64,000 nt of DNA from a virus (IMGVR_UViG_3300030618_000005), one strand, 5' to 3'. Shown: positions 1-9,732, counted from the stretch's first letter. Numbers and translations: made by a program. The notes: generated by a model from the letters alone, not told the origin.

Positions 1-143
1 AAGACCAGATGATGATCTCGTAGCCCAAGGCTTTGAAAATATCCAACGCGGCCTTCGCACCCGGTTTTACTGCGCCAATCTCGGGGTACGCATGGTCACA
101 CAATGTACCGTCGAAGTCAACGGCGATACGCTTCGGTGCTTTG

Positions 144-1346
144 TTAGGCATAACTCTCCTCTTCCATCACCAGCTTGACGCCGTTGTTGTCGTCATCATC
201 TGGGTCACCCATAACGGGCCGGTTCAACTCTTCACGGTACTCGTCGCGCACCATCTTCCACGCAGCCTGCGACGGGTCTTTGCCATCGTAGGCCATGAAG
301 CAGAGGCCAGAGTACTTGCCGTCCTTCTCGGTTAGGAAGAACTCAGCAACAGACTTGCGACTCTCGTAGTTGCGGATAAGCGCATTGTCTACGATCTTCT
401 TGGTCTGAAGCATGATGCCAGCGTACGCAGTGGTGAAGGTCTTCTGCCACTCCTCAACGAAGCTCACAAGCTCCGGTCGGCCAGCATCCTTCGTCCATGT
501 CTCGATGATATCGTAGTCCCCGTTCGTCAGCGCCTCAAGGATGTTCTTCGGGGTCGCCGCGTGAACAATCTTCTGGAGCTTCAGGAAGGTCTCATGCTTC
601 ACCTTGATCTTCAAAGGCGGAAGGTTGGGCCGCCAGTACGACAGCACGTAGCCCTCCGTGTTCGGTCGATCCTCTACTAGAACCGTGCTCACCGTCTTAG
701 CAAAAATCTCGACGGTCTTTAGTCCGTTCAGGAATGCGTAGTGGTACAGCTCGTTGTAGCTAATCTCTTCGCCGGTCTCGTTGTTGATGAGCGCCAGTAA
801 GACTAGTTGATCTTCGATCTCGTAATGAACCACGTGGCGTTGAACTGCCTGCGCGATCATCTCAAAGACTGGTGTGTAGCCCGCAGGCCACTGGTGGTTC
901 TTGCAGTGCTTACTGAACCAGTACGTCGCCCACTTGGAGTGGTCAGACGTGAATGATCCTTTGGACGCGACACCGAAGAACGTATCGTTCCCTACCTTGT
1001 ACTCGTAGAAGATACCGAGTGACCCATCCAGCTTGTCGAAGACAGCAGGGTGTTGGTCCGGCAGATTGGTGAACAGAGTCTCAGGCCGGTCCAGCGTGTC
1101 GATGTTGAAGAACTTCTCGAACGGACGAGAGATGATGACACCCTTGTCGTCCACGATGAGACCACGGCACTTGATGGTGATGTCGTCCCAGACGTTATCA
1201 AAGGTCGCCTGCTTGCTATAGCAGAGGATCGACAACGGAAGCTCAGGGTGAGCGCGACGGGTAACTAGACCCTCCGCGATATACTGCTCAAGCTTGTCTA
1301 CGTCGAGGTAGTCTTTTAGCAACATTACTTCAGCTCCTTGGTCCAC
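144..1346 (-). CDS. rnlA: ATP-dependent RNA ligase, T4 RnlA (Rnl1)-like
   Basis: Motif I KLDGSL, CRGLIV..SRPFEKFFNID block, EGYV and LKIKVK motifs align by eye to T4 Rnl1. Confidence 0.75.
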   Translation of the reverse strand: MDQGAEVMLLKDYLDVDKLEQYIAEGLVTRRAHPELPLSILCYSKQATFDNVWDDITIKCRGLIVDDKGVIISRPFEKFFNIDTLDRPETLFTNLPDQHPAVFDKLDGSLGIFYEYKVGNDTFFGVASKGSFTSDHSKWATYWFSKHCKNHQWPAGYTPVFEMIAQAVQRHVVHYEIEDQLVLLALINNETGEEISYNELYHYAFLNGLKTVEIFAKTVSTVLVEDRPNTEGYVLSYWRPNLPPLKIKVKHETFLKLQKIVHAATPKNILEALTNGDYDIIETWTKDAGRPELVSFVEEWQKTFTTAYAGIMLQTKKIVDNALIRNYESRKSVAEFFLTEKDGKYSGLCFMAYDGKDPSQAAWKMVRDEYREELNRPVMGDPDDDDNNGVKLVMEEESYA

Positions 1347-1756
1347 ACACTACTGGTTATCTTGCGCCCCATTGCAGCAGCGGCCTTCTCCATCGGCTCG
1401 TTACCGTGAACGACTAGACCACAGACCTTCTTGCCGCCGTGCTTCAAAGTCGCTTTCTCAAACTTCTTCCACATGGCCTTGTAGATACCACGCCCGCGAT
1501 ACGCCTTGTTGACCCAGCCGAGTTGAACCCAGCCTGAATCGTCATCCTCATCGAAGAAGTACTGGAGGATTCCAACTACCTTACCCTTGTCTTCCACGTA
1601 GAAGCACGCCTGATCCCCACGGATGGGTGACCACATACCGCCTACTGCACCGATCTCGATCATATCTGGCACAGCTTCAAGAAACGCAGTCTTGATGACC
1701 TGCGTGTTCTTGGCTGCGTCAATGTGCTTCACGACGATCTTTTTCTTCTTCGCCAT
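1325..1756 (-). CDS. GNAT family N-acetyltransferase
   Basis: RGRGIYKAM acetyl-CoA binding motif; 143 aa. Confidence 0.6.
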   Translation of the reverse strand: MAKKKKIVVKHIDAAKNTQVIKTAFLEAVPDMIEIGAVGGMWSPIRGDQACFYVEDKGKVVGILQYFFDEDDDSGWVQLGWVNKAYRGRGIYKAMWKKFEKATLKHGGKKVCGLVVHGNEPMEKAAAAMGRKITSSVWTKELK

Positions 1757-1763
1757 AGCTCTC

Positions 1764-1979
1764 CTAAAAGCGGACCCATCTGAGTTCGGTCGCCCCTCTC
1801 AACGCATCTTCCCACATTTCATCGTCAAGAAAGTCCCATGCTGCTTCGAGGTCATCCTTACCTTCAGTGAAGTACTTCACTGGAACTCCTAGCATTCCTC
1901 TAAGGGTCGTCCCATCGATAGGCTGGATAGTTTTTCCGATAAGAGACTGCGGAAAGGTTATGTGCTTCAGAATGTCCAT
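1764..1979 (-). CDS. hypothetical protein
   Basis: ORF in gene array, coding-like composition. Confidence 0.3.
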   Translation of the reverse strand: MDILKHITFPQSLIGKTIQPIDGTTLRGMLGVPVKYFTEGKDDLEAAWDFLDDEMWEDALRGATELRWVRF

Positions 1980-2141
1980 AGTGCCCCCTGAGTATCATTT
2001 GTGACTGCCACTGGCCATCCCGCTTTGGGGTATGCACGAGTTCGAGTCGTGAACAACTACTAAGACTACTAGATGCATCCCTCGTCTTTTCGATGCGGCC
2101 GAGTACCGTGTACACGCCCTCGGCCTTGCCACGAATGAAGA

Positions 2142-3044
2142 TTAGAAGGTGATGTCGCCGTTTGCTTCCTCGACGTACTCTGCATCAATGATGGTAGAGG
2201 TTGTCGAAGTCACAGCGGAGTCGATATCAGTCTGGGTGGAGGCCACAGCCTGCTTCGTCTCACCTTCAAGAGCCTGCTGCTCGAACTGTAACGCACGCGC
2301 AGTCTGCTGCTCTTGGAACTTTTCAAACACTACACCGAAGGCCGCCTGCTCATCAGCGGTACTCGCCTGAAAGTCATCGAACTCCAGAATGTAGTAAGCG
2401 TACTTTCCGTCCTGCACCTTCTTCGTACTGATACGGAAGTTCACGTCGTAGATGTTGGGGTTGATCTTCTTGGCTGCCGCGATCATCGCCAGCTTACGCG
2501 CAAGGTTCTTCATACCCTTCTCAAACGGCTGCTTGCTCTTCGAACGAATGTACAGTTGCAGAGGCATCTGGTACACAGTGTCGATCAGTGTGGCGTAGTA
2601 GAACGCATCACAAGGAGGGATGTCGTCCTTGGTCGTGGGAATGTTCTTGTCTTTCTTCGCACGGAAGGCCGACCAGTCCTGCTTGGGACAAGTCTTACAG
2701 GTCATCGCCTGAGGGTACTTCGCACGCTTGTCTGGCTCAATCATGTCGAGCGAGAAGCAATGCAGGTTCTCGGGTATACGGTTCAGCTCACCGACATTGC
2801 CGACGTAGTAAGAACGTCGTTCCTGCGGCTCTGCGAGGAGGGTTACGCGCATCGTCTCGAACTCGTCACCGGTCTCTGGGATGATAAGGTTGCCCTTCTT
2901 CCCATCGCCTTGACTAGACGGCTGCACTATGCTAAGGGTTGCGGGCTTGAGGTCAAACAGCTTGCTCTTCCCGAAGAACTGCGCCCCGGTGGGTACGCTA
3001 AGGGCCGCAGACTCCTGCCCTACAATCGCTAACTCGTTGCTCAA
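2142..3044 (-). CDS. hypothetical protein; possible gp32-like zinc ssDNA-binding protein
   Basis: 300 aa, His then Cys..CxxC cluster, acidic C-terminal tail; weak. Confidence 0.3.
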   Translation of the reverse strand: MSNELAIVGQESAALSVPTGAQFFGKSKLFDLKPATLSIVQPSSQGDGKKGNLIIPETGDEFETMRVTLLAEPQERRSYYVGNVGELNRIPENLHCFSLDMIEPDKRAKYPQAMTCKTCPKQDWSAFRAKKDKNIPTTKDDIPPCDAFYYATLIDTVYQMPLQLYIRSKSKQPFEKGMKNLARKLAMIAAAKKINPNIYDVNFRISTKKVQDGKYAYYILEFDDFQASTADEQAAFGVVFEKFQEQQTARALQFEQQALEGETKQAVASTQTDIDSAVTSTTSTIIDAEYVEEANGDITF

Positions 3045-3123
3045 ATGAATCCTTGGTGCCTACTTCTTGGAAGCCCTACGGTGTTCTGTGCTCCCTCACT
3101 TCACTTACTAATGTAACACGTAT

Positions 3124-3438
3124 CTATACGTTTGTCAAATCCGCGTGCAACGGTTGATACATGAAGAACTGAACCTTTTTAGACTCATCGACCGGTGGTA
3201 GGTCGCGCAACTCTGATACTCTCATGAAGGGTGTCTGCGCCTTCAGGTTGGCAATGAACTTCTTGTTGTAGTAGATTGCCGTGAGCGCCTGTGGGTTGCT
3301 CAAGTTGCTGGCAGGAGAATAACCTCCTGTGACCGCTTTGACCACAGGGTTAGCAACGAATATGCTAGGAAGCACCGGCATGATTACCGGGGCCGCCGCC
3401 CATGCTGCAATGCCTTTTAGAAAGCCACGTCTATTCAT
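3124..3438 (-). CDS. Tat-signal protein carrying a copy of the major capsid N-terminus
   Basis: N-terminal MNRRGFLKG plus hydrophobic h-region; C-terminal 65 aa align with MCP residues 1-65 (KKF..NLKAQTPF..SE..LP..MY.PL). Confidence 0.55.
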   Translation of the reverse strand: MNRRGFLKGIAAWAAAPVIMPVLPSIFVANPVVKAVTGGYSPASNLSNPQALTAIYYNKKFIANLKAQTPFMRVSELRDLPPVDESKKVQFFMYQPLHADLTNV

Positions 3439-3778
3439 GATGCTCTACGCTCACTGGAGGGATAAAGCGCCGGGTCACTCCCGGCATCCCAGACCGAACC
3501 TCTACCCAGCCCTCAGGCGGGTCTCCGAAGTCTGACTCCCAGAGGTAGTCGGCCCACTGACCAATGGTGGCCTTCATGACCGACTCAGACACGATCTGAT
3601 CCATAGCTTGTCGGTAGACTTGTGCAGGCGTGCCGGGGAACCGGAACGGTAGACGAGGGTCGCCTAACGGAACCCATGTGAAAAGCGTTGGGTGCCATGA
3701 CTGGCCCGGTCGCTCCATCAGCACTTCGCCCTGCTCTGGTTCGTAAGGCGGGACTACAGGGTATCGAATCTCACTCAC
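3431..3778 (-). CDS. hypothetical protein
   Basis: ORF coupled to flanking genes. Confidence 0.4.
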   Translation of the reverse strand: MSEIRYPVVPPYEPEQGEVLMERPGQSWHPTLFTWVPLGDPRLPFRFPGTPAQVYRQAMDQIVSESVMKATIGQWADYLWESDFGDPPEGWVEVRSGMPGVTRRFIPPVSVEHHE

Positions 3779-5285
3779 TATCGGCTCCCTTCGTCAGGTG
3801 GTGCCACGGGTACACATCCAGTTGCCAACACGTCGGACTGTAGCACCTCGGCGCTCCGTGGTTCCCGTCGCAGGTCACCATTGGTGTCCACGGGTCCGAA
3901 GCTACACACGAGGTCAGCTTCTTGCCAGTGCCTATACCACTCGTCGTCGCCCCATTCGTTGAGGCTGGTTTGTCCTTGCATGGTTCCTCGTCTCTGAACT
4001 TCCGGCCCAGCACGTCCATCAGGCTGGCCACGTTCTTAGGTTCGATAAGTTCGCCATCTACGTCGCGCTTGTACCCCAGAGCTTTGTAGCTCAGGTCTAT
4101 CGGATGCTTGGACGCGAACAGATCATTACAGGCTTTGCATCCCTTCCCATCGTTGCAGGTCGGTTTGCGGCTGCCCTTGTAGTTCTTGAATGCCTTGCAT
4201 TCGAGCTGTAGGGCCTCTTCCTGCTCTTGCTTCTTCTTTGCCTTGGCCTCGGCCTTCGCCAGTGCCTCCGATTCGTCCTTGGCCTTCTTAGCGGCTTGCT
4301 TCTCCGCTTTGATGGCGTCCCTCAAAGACTGTTTTCGTTCTTGGATGCGGGACTCGATCTTGCGGACTCGACGAACAAGGTCAAGAGCATCAATAAATCC
4401 ACCAAAGTCATCCACGAAGTTATGCGATTCAAGGTGCCATGTTTCAAATTCGCCGTCGTCTTTACCCAGTCGGATGATCCATCGATCCTCAACCACCTCG
4501 CCGGTCTCTTCTTCATAGGCCGCCTCATAAGCCGCTGTCTGTAGCAAGTACTCCAAGTACAGGTAGTTCGATGTCTTCCAGTCCGCTACCGTCAGCCGGT
4601 CCTTGAACGGATGGGGGCAGCATCGCGGGTTGTCGCACGAGTCCACTTCACACAAACCGTCCAGTGTACCGGCATACTTGTGCTTGCGACTGTAAATCTT
4701 TCGCTCGGTGAATCTCCACCGGACGTTGTGCTTCTGCATCCAGTCGAGCGCGGCCTTGGTTGCGTTCAGCGCCCGCTCATCGAGCTTGGCACGCTTCCAG
4801 CCCATGTGATCCTTCACCGCCTGCGTAAACAATGCGTATGCTTCGGTGTCCATCACCTCGGCAGACTTCAGCTCCTTCTGCCAAATCTTCAGCTTGATGT
4901 ACTGCTCGATCCAGTCATGCGCGGAGTGACCGATAGCACCGGCCTCTTCAAGCTTCTCCTTGTGGGCACCCTTAGCGTCCAAGACCCACTTCTCAAGGTC
5001 CGGCACAGGGATGACGTGGCATGGGGGAAAGCCCACTACTGATCCCGGCACATCCTTCAGGAGCTTTTGGGCCATCATCTTGCAACCCCACGGCACGAGT
5101 GCAGCGGACTTGTCGATGATGTGGCAGACGGTCGTAACACCGTCCTGTGGTTCCAGCTCCCCGGTTTCTGTTTCAAGCAGGTAGACGTGGGCATCCACAT
5201 CGTACCTGATAGTCACCTCGCCATTGTAAAACTTATACTCTTCGGTGATGCCACCAAACTGTTTGATGAATCCTTCTAAAGCCAC
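3771..5285 (-). CDS. PD-(D/E)XK (RecB/Cas4-like) nuclease with Cys-rich C-terminal region
   Basis: VADWKTS..Y..QTAAYEAAY nuclease motifs; internal GRKFRDEE motif. Confidence 0.55.
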   Translation of the reverse strand: MALEGFIKQFGGITEEYKFYNGEVTIRYDVDAHVYLLETETGELEPQDGVTTVCHIIDKSAALVPWGCKMMAQKLLKDVPGSVVGFPPCHVIPVPDLEKWVLDAKGAHKEKLEEAGAIGHSAHDWIEQYIKLKIWQKELKSAEVMDTEAYALFTQAVKDHMGWKRAKLDERALNATKAALDWMQKHNVRWRFTERKIYSRKHKYAGTLDGLCEVDSCDNPRCCPHPFKDRLTVADWKTSNYLYLEYLLQTAAYEAAYEEETGEVVEDRWIIRLGKDDGEFETWHLESHNFVDDFGGFIDALDLVRRVRKIESRIQERKQSLRDAIKAEKQAAKKAKDESEALAKAEAKAKKKQEQEEALQLECKAFKNYKGSRKPTCNDGKGCKACNDLFASKHPIDLSYKALGYKRDVDGELIEPKNVASLMDVLGRKFRDEEPCKDKPASTNGATTSGIGTGKKLTSCVASDPWTPMVTCDGNHGAPRCYSPTCWQLDVYPWHHLTKGADSE

Positions 5286-5309
5286 TCGTCCCTTACGTCA
5301 ACTCACCAG

Positions 5310-5516
5310 TTAGATCAATGCCCGCATGGGCACGTTCTCCTCTGGGTGGCTATGGTTCTGTTGCCAGTCCACAACCGCTTTCGCGCAACTCACTTTTGAG
5401 AAGCCGATGAGACCGTCCTCACCGAAGTAGGTGAAGCCGTCTTGATTCTGCACACATTCTGTTACTATGCCGGTGGTAGGCTTTGACCTTTTCACCGGCC
5501 CTAAGATTGAATCCAT
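5310..5516 (-). CDS. hypothetical protein
   Basis: small ORF in array. Confidence 0.3.
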   Translation of the reverse strand: MDSILGPVKRSKPTTGIVTECVQNQDGFTYFGEDGLIGFSKVSCAKAVVDWQQNHSHPEENVPMRALI

Positions 5517-5518
5517 GA

Positions 5519-5719
5519 TTACTCCTCGAACGGGATACCAAACAACACGTGCTCGAACAGCGTGCCAAGGGTCAGCTCGTGAACGTGGTTGATGACACTC
5601 GTGTGCATCTGCTGCTCCACGAAGTACGTGACGACTACCAGACCGGCGAGTATCAGAACCTTGCGAGTCAGGTAGTGCTGCCAGTGAATCCGAGGTGGCC
5701 TTACATGCGGAAAGTGCAT
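5519..5719 (-). CDS. small membrane protein
   Basis: hydrophobic segment LILAGLVVVTYF. Confidence 0.3.
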   Translation of the reverse strand: MHFPHVRPPRIHWQHYLTRKVLILAGLVVVTYFVEQQMHTSVINHVHELTLGTLFEHVLFGIPFEE

Positions 5720-5720
5720 A

Positions 5721-6965
5721 CTATCTCCTTTTCGTTAGAAGTGCGCCTTGGAACTGAGCCATCGTATCGCCTTCTGGCCGCCCCTTGACAAAAGAGGTCG
5801 CCTGTGCTAGGGAATCCTCCGGGTAAAAGCGTTGGTACAGCTTGATCTTCTGATCGTCGGTCGCTTGACCAAGGTGCAGAAGTACATCGATCCGACCGGG
5901 CCTAATCAACGCCGGGTCCAGATTGTCGAGATGGTTCGTGGTCATGATGTAGATCACGCCGCTAGGGGCATGAAAGCCATCGAGAACATTCAGTAACCCA
6001 GATAGTGTAACACCAAACAGCTTCTCGTGTCCATCACTATCTTCAACTTTGTTCGGGTGGGGTCCGGGTGTTACGCCTTCCTTCCACTCCTGATCCCTTG
6101 GGCCGTCATTAGTGGCCTTGCGTTTCTTGCCAGCACCAGATGCGTCGATGTCCTCGAACATGATGATCGAACCTTCGGGCACAGTGCTTATCGCAGTCTT
6201 CAATCCCTTGTCACTCAGGTCACCAAGGTTCATCAGGTAAATGTCCCGGCTCAGTTGGTACGCTAACCCTGACGCCAAGGATGTCTTGCCGGTCCCCGGA
6301 GGCCCATAGAAGGCGTAGCCACGATGGTAAGGGATACCCAGCTCCCTATAGCGTTCCTTGTCGCCTAGGAACTCGTTTACGTCTTGCAGCAGTTTCTCCT
6401 TCTCCTGCCCGTCGAGCACCACGGACTCAAACGTACGCGGCGAATAGCTCCTCAGCTTTATCCAGTACTCGTCCCACACATACAGCTTGCTCTCACTACG
6501 CTCAGCCTCTTTGTGAATCTCGATGATCTCGGTAACGAACTGCTTGATGCGTTCCTGCCTGCGGCCAATCGTGCTGAAGGAGATTGTCTCACTCCTCTTC
6601 GCGTCCCAGCCGCCCTTCTTATCCTCGCTCCGCGTGTAGTTCAGCCAGAATGGTAGACGCTTGTGCCAGAAGAAGTGCTCCCCCGGCGCGGGCATCAGAG
6701 AGATGAGCTTGCCACGGATGGTCGAGTCAAGATCGACGCGGCGTACACGCGGCATGAATTTCTGCTTGGTGATCCACTCCTTCACCCAAAGAAAGGAAGG
6801 GTCGTCGTCCTTCACTGTTACGCTTACGAGTACTTGTCGTTTGAACCAGAGCCAAATCATCTGCGGCACTGATTTCATGTAGGCCATCACACCACCCATA
6901 ACTAGAAGCATTGCTCCACTGGCGGTAAACTGATTCAACATCTCAGGTGGTAGCCCTATGAGCAT
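5721..6965 (-). CDS. BCS1-like AAA+ ATPase with N-terminal transmembrane segment
   Basis: Walker A GPPGTGKTS, Walker B IIMFEDIDAS, GVTLSGLLNVLDG, PALIRPGRID; N-terminal TM. Confidence 0.75.
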   Translation of the reverse strand: MLIGLPPEMLNQFTASGAMLLVMGGVMAYMKSVPQMIWLWFKRQVLVSVTVKDDDPSFLWVKEWITKQKFMPRVRRVDLDSTIRGKLISLMPAPGEHFFWHKRLPFWLNYTRSEDKKGGWDAKRSETISFSTIGRRQERIKQFVTEIIEIHKEAERSESKLYVWDEYWIKLRSYSPRTFESVVLDGQEKEKLLQDVNEFLGDKERYRELGIPYHRGYAFYGPPGTGKTSLASGLAYQLSRDIYLMNLGDLSDKGLKTAISTVPEGSIIMFEDIDASGAGKKRKATNDGPRDQEWKEGVTPGPHPNKVEDSDGHEKLFGVTLSGLLNVLDGFHAPSGVIYIMTTNHLDNLDPALIRPGRIDVLLHLGQATDDQKIKLYQRFYPEDSLAQATSFVKGRPEGDTMAQFQGALLTKRR

Positions 6966-6993
6966 CTAGTCCTCGTCCTCTCTAAGCTTACTG

Positions 6994-7206
6994 TCATATC
7001 TCGATATCTCCCAGCGTAACGGTTACGCTCCTCGGCTGCACGGTAGCGTTGCAAGTCTTCCACGGCTTGACTCGGACGGTGGACGACGATAGGCTCTCAA
7101 CGTAGCCGTGTCGCCAGCCCTCATCATAGTACCGCACGAAGGAATCGGCCACGAGTAAACACGCTTTGCGGATATCAAATGGCCGTTTCCATCTGCGGGG
7201 TTTCAC
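6994..7206 (-). CDS. hypothetical protein
   Basis: ORF in array. Confidence 0.3.
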   Translation of the reverse strand: MKPRRWKRPFDIRKACLLVADSFVRYYDEGWRHGYVESLSSSTVRVKPWKTCNATVQPRSVTVTLGDIEI

Positions 7207-7670
7207 TATACTACCGTCCTGTTCTTCTTGTTGAAGCGATTCTCCAGCCGGTTGAGGTTCACATCGCCCCGTTGAACGACTGTACGCTTCTCAGTACCGT
7301 TAGGTTGAACCCTAACACGGACCACAGTGGCGGGTCCATTCTTAGGATAGGTCTTGAATCCATCCTTCGACTTCTGCTTGGCCTTGAACGCGGCCTGAGC
7401 CTTCTGCTTTGCTGCTTGAATCGCCGCCTTGTCCGGCCCTAGGTAGTAGTGCGGGAACTGCGGGGTGTGGCTGAAGTGACCACCGCGCTCATGAGTCTTC
7501 TGGGCGAAGCGCCAACCTTTGAGCCATAGATCACGCTGCGGGTTGGTAGTGTACGGAACGTCGATGCGTTGCGGTTTGTGGTCTGCTCCAAAGTATCCAG
7601 TGCTGTAAGCACCATAGTATGCGTCGTAACCGGCCTTGAGTGCGCCGAGTGAAGCCTTCTTGTTTGACAA
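7206..7670 (-). CDS. ribosome modulation factor (Rmf)-like domain protein with basic C-terminal extension
   Basis: GYDAYYGAY..VPYTTNPQRDLWLKGWRFA matches Rmf core GYQAG..CPYQTLNQRSQWLGGWREA. Confidence 0.5.
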   Translation of the reverse strand: MSNKKASLGALKAGYDAYYGAYSTGYFGADHKPQRIDVPYTTNPQRDLWLKGWRFAQKTHERGGHFSHTPQFPHYYLGPDKAAIQAAKQKAQAAFKAKQKSKDGFKTYPKNGPATVVRVRVQPNGTEKRTVVQRGDVNLNRLENRFNKKNRTVV

Positions 7671-7882
7671 ACGGGTGATTCCTAATACAGTGTCGTGCGA
7701 CCATCCGGGTGGTTCCCCAGACCGTGATGGGTGAAGCGGTACTTCTTTACAGTACTACAGTCGGCTCTTCCTGTCAAGCCATCTTTGTCTCAACGTGTAA
7801 CCAGCTACTACAACGAGCACGACAGCAATACCCACAAGATAAATGCGGCCAGCTCGGATTATAAAGTCCATGATGATCTCCC

Positions 7883-8185
7883 TCATTCGATCACCACCCC
7901 CGTGACGGCGTACTGCTCATAGGACAGCTCTATGTCGAGGTTATGAAGGTACATATCAGAGCACTGGTCACGGCCCTGAAGCACGAGAGGTTGGAACCGA
8001 TGCTCCTTGTCCTTCTCGATCTGGTGCGCCCGCTTGTCCTTACCAAGAAGATACGCTGTACGGGCCAACGATGTTTGCAGACGGGATAGATGATCCCTGC
8101 AAGACTCCTCCGATGGCGTCGACGGCTTCGGTACTGGCAGGCGTGTCTGACTTGACAGTAGAACTAGCAATAGTATTATCTTCAT
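7883..8185 (-). CDS. secreted hypothetical protein
   Basis: Internal ATG with GGAGG RBS; signal peptide MKIILLLVLLSS. Confidence 0.4.
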   Translation of the reverse strand: MKIILLLVLLSSQTRLPVPKPSTPSEESCRDHLSRLQTSLARTAYLLGKDKRAHQIEKDKEHRFQPLVLQGRDQCSDMYLHNLDIELSYEQYAVTGVVIE

Positions 8186-8256
8186 CTCTAAACTTCCTCC
8201 CTTGGGTTTCAATTTGCAGTTTGGCTTGTTATTCAGTGTGTCCGTGCAGAGATTTC

Positions 8257-8568
8257 CTATGCAGTTAGCGTAGTGCCCACCTTGGCCCTGCAAACATGAG
8301 AATCCGGCATACCTAGTCCGCAAGCAGGGCATTCTCTAAGCGGTCGAAGCCCACCCTTGGTCTGATTTTCTGGAAACATGAAGGCGTCTACATCTTCTCC
8401 GCATACTTCGTAGATTTCATCGATCTGCCCCTGTGTATAGTTTTGAAATTCGATGCGGATAGATTCGCCAGCCCCTAGTGCGTCCAGAAGAGCATCATAG
8501 ACAGGTGCATGATTGCAGTCAGTCAGTCCGCACCATTCACATCGAATCCACATCCCCTCACTCATCAC
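8257..8568 (-). CDS. Cys-rich hypothetical protein
   Basis: CEWCGLTDC..C..C pattern. Confidence 0.4.
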   Translation of the reverse strand: MMSEGMWIRCEWCGLTDCNHAPVYDALLDALGAGESIRIEFQNYTQGQIDEIYEVCGEDVDAFMFPENQTKGGLRPLRECPACGLGMPDSHVCRAKVGTTLTA

Positions 8569-9121
8569 GGAACCTCCTGCCTACATGCTCGGGTTTTACT
8601 ACCACAACCTTATGCTTCGCTTGGGCCTCACGCATCTGTAATAACACAGCTTCTTTCTCAGCCAGCTTCGCATTCTGTCTTCGCTTCTTTTCTAACTTCA
8701 GCTTCTCCTGATTCTTTTCGTAGATATTCAGGGAGTCCCTGAGCTTGTTGCGCTTGTTCTGCAACTCGGTCATCTCTACGCTCAGTGCATCCATTTTCTC
8801 ATTCGCAGTCTTCAGGTTGCGCTCAGTCATAAAGAGCGCGTTCATCAGGTGCGAGTCTTCCATCTCGGAGAGTAGTACCTTCTTACCCTCCTTGGTCGTC
8901 CAGTATAGCGCACCCACAGACATCATCGATGGTAGCGGGCCACCCGTGTACGGGTCCACTTTCGGGGGCATGTACTTCGCTACCGACGCCTTCGCCTCAG
9001 CAACAGTGCCGGTTCCCACCACGAGGTAGCCGTCCTCATCGTAGACGTTGATTCCCCCGAATGAGTCCTTCTTCATTGTGAACTTGCTAGGCGTACCGGG
9101 TACGCCGGGGAGAACGCCCAT
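8558..9121 (-). CDS. coiled-coil protein ending in GRRFRDE
   Basis: K/E-rich heptads; shared C-terminal motif. Confidence 0.5.
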   Translation of the reverse strand: MGVLPGVPGTPSKFTMKKDSFGGINVYDEDGYLVVGTGTVAEAKASVAKYMPPKVDPYTGGPLPSMMSVGALYWTTKEGKKVLLSEMEDSHLMNALFMTERNLKTANEKMDALSVEMTELQNKRNKLRDSLNIYEKNQEKLKLEKKRRQNAKLAEKEAVLLQMREAQAKHKVVVVKPEHVGRRFRDE

Positions 9122-9732
9122 TAGCAGCGAACTCCTATCAGCTCCAAGTCCTCGCGTAGGCGATCAGATGTCATCGGCTGGTCGTACTGGGACAGGTCCA
9201 GCTTGTCCAGTGAGAAGTCGTTAGAGTATACGATGGAATTGTACTCGCGGTTCGGCTCTCCTTCAAAGATGAACCACGCAGCCGGTTTGCCCTTTGGGAC
9301 ATAGACCGAGTGGAGAGCCTGCGCAGCGAGGTGAGTGGGTTCCAAGAGACGCCTCGCCCTGAGCCTCAGAGGTAGGTAGGCGCGATCCAAGGGCGCAAAG
9401 CCACCCCTACCATCCTTCTCAAGGATCGGTGACGCATAGCTAAAGCTCTGCATGGGTACTGTGCTGACGAGAGGATCACTCTGGCCCATGGCTGCCTCGA
9501 CGTTATATAGCTCACCTAACACTGGCATGAGTGTGACATCCGTACGATGCCGGTGAAGGGCAATCGAGAAGGTTACACCAAATGTGCCGGGGTTGTTACG
9601 CCACAGCTCATGTTCAGGGCGGGCGATGAACATGCGGACCATCCCCGGCCCTTCTTTGATGAGTAAGGAGTCCATGCCCTTGCAGTGGCAGTTGACGAGA
9701 GACTTGGAGAGTATTGCGCTCGATGGATTCAC
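9121..9732 (-). CDS. hypothetical protein
   Basis: 203 aa ORF. Confidence 0.4.
   Translation of the reverse strand: MNPSSAILSKSLVNCHCKGMDSLLIKEGPGMVRMFIARPEHELWRNNPGTFGVTFSIALHRHRTDVTLMPVLGELYNVEAAMGQSDPLVSTVPMQSFSYASPILEKDGRGGFAPLDRAYLPLRLRARRLLEPTHLAAQALHSVYVPKGKPAAWFIFEGEPNREYNSIVYSNDFSLDKLDLSQYDQPMTSDRLREDLELIGVRC

Noticed and set aside
2313-3032. 239-aa plus-strand ORF
   Set aside because: Antisense to 2142..3044; Leu/Arg-rich.
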